Assembly (NCBI GenBank): GCA_012521995.1
Contig: JAAYLH010000045.1
Span: 4,138 to 68,137, forward strand
Direction of reading: 5' to 3'
DNA length: 64,000 nucleotides
Source of the DNA: Bacteroidales bacterium
GTDB taxonomy: Bacteria > Bacteroidota > Bacteroidia > Bacteroidales > UBA7960
Shown: positions 19,098 to 27,693 of the stretch, one piece after another
How positions within the stretch are numbered: the first letter of the stretch is position 1
Layout: each line of letters opens with the position of its first letter
Translations under genes and position numbers: made by a program
The notes under the pieces: generated by a model
Told to the model about the DNA's origin: nothing
What the model saw: the letters and a program-made list of their open reading frames with translations, nothing else
The model's database searches: none

Positions 19098-19194
19098 TGA
19101 TAGGTCTTTAATTCCTGTTAATACCTGCTCTTAAACAGGGATTAACCCAAGGATGAAGAAATCCCATCCGGCAGCAAACGGGAAGGTAATGCAT

Positions 19195-19225
19195 AAAAAA
19201 AGCCGCCTCTAACAGGGGGCGGCTT
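19195..19225 (-). terminator. Intrinsic terminator for the DUF3078 gene
   Basis: aagccgcc / ggcggctt stem, preceded on + by an A-tract. Confidence 0.7.
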
Positions 19226-19244
19226 AAGAAATTCAAAAGAGGAA

Positions 19245-20174
19245 TTATCTTTTGAAGTTATACGAAAGGCCGATACCAAGCAGCTGCTTGAATTGGGTGC
19301 GGGGTCCTGTGCCTGTCTGAACTTCCTCACCGCCAACATTAGTAAAGAGCGGCACCGGGATATCGTGGTCGTAAATGAGGTTGAAGCCCATGCTGGCAGT
19401 GATGAATTTGTTCACTTTCATATTGAGCATCGTTTGCCAGTTTACGTCGGTGTTTTTGCGATTTGGCTTGTTGCTGTCGGTGTAGTTGTTAAAGAGATCG
19501 ATCTTTGAGGCCAGGTTTACGTTCTCAAAAATATCCTTTACCAGGGCGATGGAAGCCAATGCCCCAAACTCAGGGCGGAAGGTTTTTCCGGGTTCCACAC
19601 CGTAAGCGCCGAGGGCAGACAGGGTTTCATCGTTGACGAAAGTAAATTTTCCGGTAGCGGGCGACAAATAGAGGGAGAGAAATTCGACGGGTTTGTAGTC
19701 GAAACCAAGGGAAGCCAGCAGGTAACCCGGAGCCATAAAGGCAGAGACCAGATCCTCATCGTTGGGATAATTATACCCGGCCGTAAACTGGCTCTTGAAG
19801 TTCAGCAGTGCTGTGGCTGCGATTTTCGGGCTGACGCTGCGGCCATATTTCGAAAGAAAATCAATTCTGTCCTCGTTTTTGCGGGTGGGGGTGTCCTGGG
19901 TTTTGATAAGACCATAAGCCAGGTCGAGTTTGTTTTCCCAAGTCCGCTTTTCTTTTTTGTAATTGGCAGTCAGCACGGCAATGCTGGTAGAAGCGAAGCT
20001 GTTTTCACCGCCTGCGGCCCAGTTGGTGAATGACACTTGGTTGAGCTGCTGGCTGAAAAAGCCATCATAGGCCCAGGGACGCACAACAGTGGTGTCTTCC
20101 TGGGCAAAAAGCCCGATGGAAAACACCATCAGAAGGGAAAAGAAGATCTTTCTCATTGGGTTCGATTTTTTCAT
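19245..20174 (-). CDS. DUF3078 family outer-membrane protein
   Basis: Signal peptide ending LFA-Q; QVSFTNWAAGGE, KNEDRI, F.SQF..GY, FMAPGY, C-terminal GIGLSYNF. Confidence 0.85.
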   Translation of the reverse strand: MKKSNPMRKIFFSLLMVFSIGLFAQEDTTVVRPWAYDGFFSQQLNQVSFTNWAAGGENSFASTSIAVLTANYKKEKRTWENKLDLAYGLIKTQDTPTRKNEDRIDFLSKYGRSVSPKIAATALLNFKSQFTAGYNYPNDEDLVSAFMAPGYLLASLGFDYKPVEFLSLYLSPATGKFTFVNDETLSALGAYGVEPGKTFRPEFGALASIALVKDIFENVNLASKIDLFNNYTDSNKPNRKNTDVNWQTMLNMKVNKFITASMGFNLIYDHDIPVPLFTNVGGEEVQTGTGPRTQFKQLLGIGLSYNFKR

Positions 20175-20293
20175 TTAAATTTAAGTCAAATTAATCTTGT
20201 CAAAATTAGCAAACAATTTAATATGTTTTTGGTTCAAAAAAAAATCAGCTTTTGCCGATAAGCATTAATTTTATACAATAAATTCATTGAAAC

Positions 20294-21076
20294 ATGAAGC
20301 ATATCCTGATAACAGGAGGCAGTTCAGGCATCGGGCTTGCCATTGCCAAGAAGCTAATGGAAGAAGGGAACCGGAAGGTCATCTCACTGAGCCGCAGCCA
20401 GGAAAAGATTGAGCGGGCCCTGTTTACGCACCCGGAAATGGAAGGGGAAGTCGACTTTATAACGGGCGACGTCAGCAAGGCGGGCGACTGTCAAAAGGTT
20501 GCCGGCTACCTGAAGGATCGGTACGGAAAACTCGATGGCCTTGTAAACAACGCAGGCATGCTTACAGCCGGGGGTATTCATGACATTGATTATGAGCTAT
20601 GGAAAGCAAACCTGGACATCAACCTCAATGCCCCCTATCTGCTGACCCAGATGATGCTTCCCTTGCTGAAGGCTTCGGGAAATGCGTCGGTGGTAAACAT
20701 CTCGTCCGTAGCATCACGTATCCCCGGGCGCAGCATAGCTTATTCGGTATCGAAGGCAGGCCTCGATATGATCACGGAGTTCCTGGCCGGTGAATTGGGC
20801 CCATATCAAATAAGGGTCAATGCCGTGAACCCCGGCCTTGTGGAGACGCCCCTGCATCTTGACAGCAAAGTCGTTGATGACGAAAGCATGTACCGCGAGA
20901 TGCTGGCGAAGTCGGCAGGCAAATATCCAATCGGACGCATTGGAAAACCTGAAGATATTGCCCAGATGGTTTGCTTTCTCCTTTCTGAAAAGGCATCGTG
21001 GGTTACCGGATCAATTATTCGTGTTGACGGCGGAAGTAGCGTTTTTAACGAAATTTTAAAAAGGAAAAACCGGTAA
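20294..21076 (+). CDS. Short-chain dehydrogenase/reductase (FabG-like)
   Basis: TGGSSGIG, NNAG, YSVSK (YxxxK), VNAVNPG, GSIIRVDGG. Confidence 0.9.
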   Translation: MKHILITGGSSGIGLAIAKKLMEEGNRKVISLSRSQEKIERALFTHPEMEGEVDFITGDVSKAGDCQKVAGYLKDRYGKLDGLVNNAGMLTAGGIHDIDYELWKANLDINLNAPYLLTQMMLPLLKASGNASVVNISSVASRIPGRSIAYSVSKAGLDMITEFLAGELGPYQIRVNAVNPGLVETPLHLDSKVVDDESMYREMLAKSAGKYPIGRIGKPEDIAQMVCFLLSEKASWVTGSIIRVDGGSSVFNEILKRKNR

Positions 21077-21325
21077 AACCGGTCATTTCTTTGCAATTAC
21101 GTCATTCCTAAATAATGGACAAAAAAGTTCAGGGAAAAAAACCTAACCTCTTTATTCCTAATACAAATCATTTTTTTTTCGGAAAAATGTGAATGTTTAT
21201 ATTGTGGTAAATACTTAGATTAATTTTAGTAAATTAACGAATTGATAGGTTGAGCATGTTGGGTTACCTTTGGTTTGTTAACTCTTCAGGAGGTTTTGAG
21301 TTTTTGAAATAATGAATTGAATTAT

Positions 21326-21504
21326 AAGCGACCCGGGCGGAACCTCATCAGTAGCAATCCTTTGGCTTGTTGCTGTCAAAATTGACCCGGGGGTTATTAA
21401 CATTCAACTTGTCGGACAAACTTTGAATTAGTAGTTTTTCCGGGCAGTTTTGATCTGAAAGGGGAGGTATCAGAGTTAGCATGGGATCTTGCCTTGGGTC
21501 GCTT
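21326..21504 (+). ncRNA. Candidate 6S-like rod-shaped ncRNA (~180 nt)
   Basis: Hand folding: closing stem aagcgacccgggcgg / cttgccttgggtcgctt; central loosely paired region; long apical stem gtcaaaattgacccgggg / ttccgggcagttttgat. G-U pairs favour the + strand. TACCTTTG at 21265-21272 upstream and a terminator downstream. Confidence 0.65.
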
Positions 21505-21507
21505 TCT

Positions 21508-21546
21508 AAAAAAAAAGACCACCATGTCCGGGTGGTCTTTTTTTTT
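21508..21546. terminator. Bidirectional intrinsic terminator
   Basis: A9-gaccacc-atgtccg-ggtggtc-T9. Confidence 0.85.
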
Positions 21547-21560
21547 ATTTTCTTAAGTTC

Positions 21561-21755
21561 TCAAGTAAGTGTTTGGATCTGGCGCCCCTGCTCATAGCAG
21601 GAGATCAGCCAGTCGAGCGAAGGGATATTGATACTGGTTGCGGAAAGCAAGACCCTGAATATTCCCCCTTCCTTTCGGACCAGCCTCACCTGGTACTCAC
21701 CAGGCTTCCTGAGGCTTACCATCATATTGTATTTTCTGGAGGCAGATTTAGGCAT
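21561..21755 (-). CDS. Small hypothetical protein (64 aa)
   Basis: TAATTTTG on the minus strand at 21772-21779, 16 nt before the ATG; the stop lies just before the bidirectional terminator. Confidence 0.45.
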   Translation of the reverse strand: MPKSASRKYNMMVSLRKPGEYQVRLVRKEGGIFRVLLSATSINIPSLDWLISCYEQGRQIQTLT

Positions 21756-21891
21756 GGCTGAGATTCTGCCACAAAATTAAGCCCTGAGCAGCCCTCTGCA
21801 CAAGGGGGAAATCACCTGTTTTTCCGGGGGAAAACACCTGGAAAGAAGGGCTCCGAGGGTCTGCTGAGCAAAAATCCGCCGCGAAGTAAGC

Positions 21892-22281
21892 CTAAATCAC
21901 TTCGTTCAGGGCCTGGGAGGTAAGAGGTTTGTTGAGGAAACGTACAACAAAAGGATTCTCGAGCGCCCTGCGATGGTCGTCGGCATCAATGGAAGAAGAA
22001 AGCATCGCAATCTTGCAGCGCTTGTGGATGGATTTGTCCAGGTGGGCAAAAGCATCCAGGAAGCCGAAGCCATCCATATCAGGCATGCGGATATCAAGGA
22101 AAATCAGATCGGGCAAGGCCTCGGGTTCCCGGTTGAAGGTTTCAACGAGGAAATCAAGGGCCGCCCGGGCACTTTTCTTGATTACGACCTGAGCGGCAAA
22201 ACCATTCTTTTCAATGATCCGCCGGTTGATCATATTGTCGATATCGCTGTCATCAATAAGGAGGAGGTAGTTTACAGCCAT
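21892..22281 (-). CDS. Stand-alone response regulator receiver (CheY-like)
   Basis: LLIDDS, PDLIFLDIRMP, MLSSS, FLNKPL. Confidence 0.9.
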   Translation of the reverse strand: MAVNYLLLIDDSDIDNMINRRIIEKNGFAAQVVIKKSARAALDFLVETFNREPEALPDLIFLDIRMPDMDGFGFLDAFAHLDKSIHKRCKIAMLSSSIDADDHRRALENPFVVRFLNKPLTSQALNEVI

Positions 22282-22284
22282 ATT

Positions 22285-23754
22285 TCAAAGGGATTGATAT
22301 TGGTTAGGCAGCGTAATAGTGAAGGCACTCCCCTTCCCTTCTTCCGATTCCACCCGTATGGTGCCGTTAAGTTTTTCAACAATTTCCCTGACGATATACA
22401 GCCCGATACCGCTTCCGGTGCTTTGTTCATAGCCCCTGAAGAACATCTCAAAGATCCTTGGAAGGTGCTTGGCTGGGATGCCTATTCCATTGTCCTTCAC
22501 CCGGATCAGCACCTGCTTGGCGGTAGTTTGGATCATCACATCCACAAAAGATTGTGCTGCGTCAGGATTGTAAAACCTCAGGCTGTTCGACAAGAGGTTG
22601 TTCAGGATGATCTCAACCCTTCGCTTGTCGGATAAGAACAGTGCATCGCCCTGGACATTGAGCCTGATGTCAATCATTTCAAATCCGGGGATGTATTTGA
22701 GGTTATTGATTGTTTTTTCGAGCAGGAAATTAAAATCGACGGGCGATAATTTCACGTCAAAGCGTGCATTGCGCGAATAATCGATAATATCATGAATGAT
22801 CTGGTCGAGTTTTTGAATGCTCTCCTTCATCAGGTCCACATACATCACATGTTCGACCGTATTGGTTTCCAACTCCAAAAGGTTTATCAGGCCAAGGACA
22901 GACATCAGGGGAGCGCGAAGTTCGTGCGAGGTGCTGTACACAAAATTGTCGAGTTCAGCATTGGTCTTGCGCAACTCCATATTTTTCTGGGTCAGGATCT
23001 TTTCGGCCTTCTTGGTACCGGAGATATCCTGGATATTCAGGAACAGGAAGTTTTGTTTTCCCAGTTCAATTTTGGAGGCAAAGAATGCCAGGTCCTTCAT
23101 TTCATCACCGTCAATAAAGAACTGGCAATGAAACAGGCTTTCTCCGCATTTGATGGCTTCTTTACATTTTTCGCGCATCAGAGCTGCCTCTCCAGGGTGC
23201 AGCTCAACCAGTGACATGCCTTTAAGGGCAGGGGGTTCATCCTTTCCATAGAGCTCAGCAGCGGCCTTATTGGCATCAATAATGATCAGGTCACAGGGGT
23301 TCACCAGCAATTGCACCACGGGGGCTTTGTGAAACAAGATCTTATACTTCTCCATTTCGCCCAGGGCAGATACCTTTTTACGGTTCTGGATCAGGCTTGC
23401 GGCCAGGGCCCTTAACTGCGGGGCATCAACGGGCAGAAACACCGGGAAGCATTTTACCCTGAAGGCTTCAGAAGCGCACAAGGCAGCCTGCTCAGGAGTC
23501 ACCAGCACCAGGAAGTAGGGCAAAGTCAGGGCTTCCTCAACGGAGAAAGCTTCATTTACTTTTTTGGAAAAGTAGTCATAGCCGGTAATAACCAGGTCTA
23601 TTTCAGGCATATCGGGCCTACCATGGAGCTTTTTAAGAAGCTTGCCATGTTTATCGTGGCTGATGAAATACTCCTGTTCAAGGGTTCTAAGCATTTCGAG
23701 CAAGCGATCATCGCTGCTGATCAGATAAAGATGCTTTTTCCCGAAGTGGCTCAA
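22285..23754 (-). CDS. PAS-domain sensor histidine kinase with an N-terminal pseudo-receiver
   Basis: H-box SHELRAPL, N-box LNNLLSNS, DNGIGI, FEMFFRG, GSGIGL, GKGSAF. Confidence 0.9.
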   Translation of the reverse strand: MSHFGKKHLYLISSDDRLLEMLRTLEQEYFISHDKHGKLLKKLHGRPDMPEIDLVITGYDYFSKKVNEAFSVEEALTLPYFLVLVTPEQAALCASEAFRVKCFPVFLPVDAPQLRALAASLIQNRKKVSALGEMEKYKILFHKAPVVQLLVNPCDLIIIDANKAAAELYGKDEPPALKGMSLVELHPGEAALMREKCKEAIKCGESLFHCQFFIDGDEMKDLAFFASKIELGKQNFLFLNIQDISGTKKAEKILTQKNMELRKTNAELDNFVYSTSHELRAPLMSVLGLINLLELETNTVEHVMYVDLMKESIQKLDQIIHDIIDYSRNARFDVKLSPVDFNFLLEKTINNLKYIPGFEMIDIRLNVQGDALFLSDKRRVEIILNNLLSNSLRFYNPDAAQSFVDVMIQTTAKQVLIRVKDNGIGIPAKHLPRIFEMFFRGYEQSTGSGIGLYIVREIVEKLNGTIRVESEEGKGSAFTITLPNQYQSL

Positions 23755-23851
23755 TTTGGTTATAATGTTTTAGGAACCTGCAAATATAGGGGCAAAAACC
23801 AGACACAGCAAAGGAAAAGAAAAAATTTCAAACAGGTGTTTGGGTGCCTGA

Positions 23852-24553
23852 TTAAGCCTTATGCAGACCACATTCCTTAGAATCAGGGTTTTCCCACCAC
23901 CACCGGCCGGCCCTGACATCCTCCCCGGCTTCGATGGCGCGGGTGCAAGGCTGGCATCCTATGCTTGGGAAGCCTTTATCGTGTAAAGTGTTATAGGGGA
24001 TCTTGTGCTGATGGATATAGTCCCAAACCTGCTTTTCCGTCCAGTCGAGCAAGGGATTGACCTTAATGATGCTGTTTCCCTCGTCCCATTCGGAATAACG
24101 CATGTCGAGACGGGTAGGCGACTGTTCACGCCTGAGGCCTGTGATCCAGACCTGGTTTCCCCTGAGCGCCCTTTTCAGGGGCTCGATCTTGCGGATATGG
24201 CAGCAAAGCTTGCGGTTTTCGATGCTGTAGTAGAAAAGATTAATTCCACGGGTGTTTACCATATGTTCTACCGCCTTGTAATCGGGGAAGAAGACGCGGA
24301 TGCGCATATTATAACGGGCTTCGGTTTTTTCAATCACCTCGTAGGTCTCAGGAAACATCCGCCCTGTATCCAGGGTAAAGATCTTTGCTTCGGGATTGAT
24401 TTGCATCAGCATATGGGTGATCACCTGGTCTTCAGCGCCCAGGCTGGTTGAAAACACCGCTTTATCACCATGTAATTCAAGGATTTGCCTGAGCATATCC
24501 TCTGCAGTCACACCCGAGAATTGCTTATTGTAATGGTCTGCTTTCTTTTTCAT
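23852..24553 (-). CDS. cysH: Adenylylsulfate/phosphoadenylylsulfate reductase
   Basis: LDTGRMF, CCHIRKIEPL (Fe-S cysteine pair, APS-reductase type), SIGCQPCT, C-terminal ECGLH. Confidence 0.92.
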   Translation of the reverse strand: MKKKADHYNKQFSGVTAEDMLRQILELHGDKAVFSTSLGAEDQVITHMLMQINPEAKIFTLDTGRMFPETYEVIEKTEARYNMRIRVFFPDYKAVEHMVNTRGINLFYYSIENRKLCCHIRKIEPLKRALRGNQVWITGLRREQSPTRLDMRYSEWDEGNSIIKVNPLLDWTEKQVWDYIHQHKIPYNTLHDKGFPSIGCQPCTRAIEAGEDVRAGRWWWENPDSKECGLHKA

Positions 24554-24561
24554 AGTCGAGG

Positions 24562-25401
24562 CTAAATATCGGCCAGTTTAAACAGTTCCTTTTCACGGAT
24601 CCCCTTTTCGGTTTTCTGCAGGGTGCAACATTCGTTGAAGTGGTCGTGCTGAAAACACAGGATGTAATCCTCCTTCAGGGCCCTTTCGAGAAAGGCTTCC
24701 TTTTCCTTCATCGACTCCAGGGGCTTTACATCAAAGCCGGGCACATAAGCAAGGGGCAGGTTATGGAGCATGGCAATAAAATCGCCTGTAAAGACCACTT
24801 TTCGGCCTTTATAATCGATGATAGGCACCATAAGTCCACGGGTATGCCCGTTCATAAAGACGATCTCAATCCCTTCGGCAAAGCGCCCCGGCTCATGAAT
24901 CAGTTCAAGCCGGCCGCTCTCATACAGGGGCATATAATTCTCGGGGAAAAAGGAGGCTTTTTCACGGGGATTGGGGTTTATTGCCCACTCCCATTGGTCT
25001 TTACTGACGTAATGATTAGCATTGGGAAAAACTGGCTCATAAGTGGCGGGTTTCTGCCCGTGCTTAAGAGCCCCTCCCACGTGGTCGAAATGAAGATGGG
25101 TCAAGATGACATCGGTCACCTGTTCGAAGGAATATCCGGCCCTGGCAAAAGAGTTCTCCAGGCTCTCCTGGCCAAAACGGTGAAAGAAACTGAAATACTT
25201 CTCGCTTTGCTTGTTGCCCATGCCTGTATCGACCAGGATCAGCCTGTCGCCGGTATCGGCGAGCAGGCAACGGGAAGTGACTTTTACCAGGTTATGCTCG
25301 TCGGCAGGGAGGAACTTTTGCCATATAGTCTTGGGGACCACCCCAAAACAGGCGCCTCCATCCAGTTTAAAATGCTCGGCGGTAATGGGAAATAACTTCA
25401 T
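24562..25401 (-). CDS. MBL-fold metallo-hydrolase (YtnP-like)
   Basis: LDGGACFGVVPK, THLHFDHVGG, GHT, HD. Confidence 0.88.
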   Translation of the reverse strand: MKLFPITAEHFKLDGGACFGVVPKTIWQKFLPADEHNLVKVTSRCLLADTGDRLILVDTGMGNKQSEKYFSFFHRFGQESLENSFARAGYSFEQVTDVILTHLHFDHVGGALKHGQKPATYEPVFPNANHYVSKDQWEWAINPNPREKASFFPENYMPLYESGRLELIHEPGRFAEGIEIVFMNGHTRGLMVPIIDYKGRKVVFTGDFIAMLHNLPLAYVPGFDVKPLESMKEKEAFLERALKEDYILCFQHDHFNECCTLQKTEKGIREKELFKLADI

Positions 25402-25610
25402 ACGCGAAAAAAGCTGGTGCTAAAGATATATAACCAAAAAACGGTCAAAGTGTTTCAAAGGGCAAAGATAATAATTCAGCAGGAATCCTCCGGCAATGAC
25501 AGCAAACCCCAAAGGATGCAAGGATGAGGGAAATGAATCGCTTGTTAATGGGCGGGGGCTATTCATCAAAAAAAATTAACTTTACACACCTGAGCAAATA
25601 CCTGTTTTGC

Positions 25611-26984
25611 ATGAAAATTCACTTTATCGCCATTGGGGGCAGTGCCATGCACAACCTGGCCATCGCCCTGCACAAAAAAGGATACCGTGTCAGCGGATCG
25701 GATGACGAGATCTTTGACCCCTCGCGCCGGCGGCTGCTTCAGTATGGCTTGCTGCCCGAAGCCTACGGATGGTTTCCTGAAAAGATCACTTCAGATCTGG
25801 ATGCCGTTATCCTGGGCATGCACGCCAGGGCCGACAACCCCGAGCTGCTCCGTGCCCGCGAGCAGGGCCTCAGGGTGTATTCCTATCCTGAGTTCCTTTA
25901 TGAGCAGTCGAAGGACAAGACGCGGGTGGTCATCGGAGGCAGCCACGGGAAAACCACCATAACCTCCATGATCCTCCATGTGCTGCATTACCACAAGATC
26001 GACACGGATTACATGGTGGGAGCTCAATTGGAGGGCTTTGAGGTGATGGTCAGGCTTAGCGGGAAGGCGCCCTTTATGATCATGGAAGGCGACGAATACC
26101 TCAGCTCGCCCATCGACAGACGCCCTAAATTTCACTTATACAAGCCCCACATCGCCTTGCTGAGCGGCATTGCCTGGGATCATATCAACGTGTTCCCCAG
26201 CTTCGAAACCTACCTGGAGCAGTTCAGGCAGTTTATCAGGATCATTGAGGAAAATGGGAAGCTGATTTATTGCGAAGAAGATCCAGAGCTCAGGAAACTC
26301 AGTGGGGAAGCCCTGCACCCTAGCCTGAACCTGTATCCGTACAGTCTCCCGAAGCACGAGATTAAGGACGGCAATACCTTTATCGCGCATAAGGACCAAA
26401 GGTACAGCCTGAGGATTTTTGGCAAACACAACTTACTGAACCTGAACGGTGCACGACTGGTTTGCCAGCAGCTGGGGGTGAACGACGAGATGTTTTTTGA
26501 AGCCATTGAGAGCTTCCAGGGTGCCAGCAACCGCCTGGAGAAAATCTTTGAGCAGAATGGCACGGTCATTTTCCGTGACTTTGCCCACGCCCCTTCCAAG
26601 CTTAGGGCCACCACCGCAGCCGTGAAGGAGCAATATCCGGAGAAGACTGTAGTGGCCTGTATGGAATTACACACTTTCAGCAGCCTGAACCAGGACTTCC
26701 TGGATCAGTATGCAGGCGCCATGGATGCAGCGGATGTGGCCCTGGTGTTTTTCAGCCCCCACGCCCTGCAAATGAAGAAACTGCCCGACCTTGACCCCGC
26801 GACGGTAAGAAAAGCTTTCGGGAAAGAGGGTCTTGAAGTGTACACCGATACATCCTTACTCAAAGGCAGGCTTGAAAAGCTGGGGCAAAGGCAAGCCTGT
26901 TTCCTGTTTATGAGTTCGGGCAACTTTGGCGGGCTGAACTTCAATGCCTTTGCAACAGACCTAAAAAGCAGGCTGAACGAATAA
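25611..26984 (+). CDS. mpl: Murein peptide ligase Mpl / MurC-like ligase
   Basis: [41 protein letters not shown]. The start is taken at ATG 25611. Confidence 0.85.
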   Translation: MKIHFIAIGGSAMHNLAIALHKKGYRVSGSDDEIFDPSRRRLLQYGLLPEAYGWFPEKITSDLDAVILGMHARADNPELLRAREQGLRVYSYPEFLYEQSKDKTRVVIGGSHGKTTITSMILHVLHYHKIDTDYMVGAQLEGFEVMVRLSGKAPFMIMEGDEYLSSPIDRRPKFHLYKPHIALLSGIAWDHINVFPSFETYLEQFRQFIRIIEENGKLIYCEEDPELRKLSGEALHPSLNLYPYSLPKHEIKDGNTFIAHKDQRYSLRIFGKHNLLNLNGARLVCQQLGVNDEMFFEAIESFQGASNRLEKIFEQNGTVIFRDFAHAPSKLRATTAAVKEQYPEKTVVACMELHTFSSLNQDFLDQYAGAMDAADVALVFFSPHALQMKKLPDLDPATVRKAFGKEGLEVYTDTSLLKGRLEKLGQRQACFLFMSSGNFGGLNFNAFATDLKSRLNE

Positions 26985-26997
26985 TAATAATGTGCCC

Positions 26998-27687
26998 ATG
27001 AGTGAAGCCAAAGTCAACCCTCAAATTGAAGAAAGCTGGAAAGAGATACTGGAAGAAGAGTTCAGTGCACCCTATTTCGGGGCCTTGAAAGCCTTCCTAA
27101 TAGAAGAGAAGAAAAAACACACGGTTTACCCTCCGGGCCCGCTGATCTTTTCGGCTTTTGACCACACCCCATTCAACAAAGTCAAGGTGGTCATCCTCGG
27201 ACAGGACCCCTATCACGGCCCCGGGCAAGCCCACGGCCTCTGCTTTTCGGTAAACCGCGGGGTCGATAAACCCCCATCGCTTATGAACATTTTTAAGGAG
27301 ATTGAACGCGACCTTAGGATTCCTGCGCCGCCTCACGGCAATCTTGAGCATTGGGCTGATCAGGGGGTATTGCTGCTCAATGCCACCCTTACGGTAAGAG
27401 CCAGACAAGCGGGGTCGCACCAGAACAAAGGTTGGGAGCGCTTTACAGATGCAGCCATACGGGCATTGTCAGAAAAGCGAAACGGGCTGGTGTTCCTGCT
27501 ATGGGGCAATTACGCGGGAGCCAAGGAAGCCCTGATCGACCGCGGCAAACACCACGTGCTGAAAGCCCCCCATCCCTCTCCCCTGTCAGCCTCCCGTGGC
27601 TTCTTTGGTTGCAGCCACTTCTCGAAAACCAATGAGTTGCTGCAGTCCCAGGGCCTGGAGCCCATCGACTGGCAGCAAAAAAAATAA
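26998..27687 (+). CDS. ung: Uracil-DNA glycosylase
   Basis: [29 protein letters not shown]. Confidence 0.97.
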   Translation: MSEAKVNPQIEESWKEILEEEFSAPYFGALKAFLIEEKKKHTVYPPGPLIFSAFDHTPFNKVKVVILGQDPYHGPGQAHGLCFSVNRGVDKPPSLMNIFKEIERDLRIPAPPHGNLEHWADQGVLLLNATLTVRARQAGSHQNKGWERFTDAAIRALSEKRNGLVFLLWGNYAGAKEALIDRGKHHVLKAPHPSPLSASRGFFGCSHFSKTNELLQSQGLEPIDWQQKK

Positions 27688-27693
27688 AAATCC

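Noticed and set aside
19031-19100. CRISPR array interpretation of the repeat/palindrome elements (also 41531-41590)
   Set aside because: The units are 11 bp and directly adjacent, with no unique spacers and no cas genes.
21786-21870. Possible structured RNA (agcagccctc/gagggtctgct pairing with an inner ttttcc/ggaaaa stem)
   Set aside because: The pairing is short and imperfect with no recognisable motif; it may just end the response-regulator transcript.
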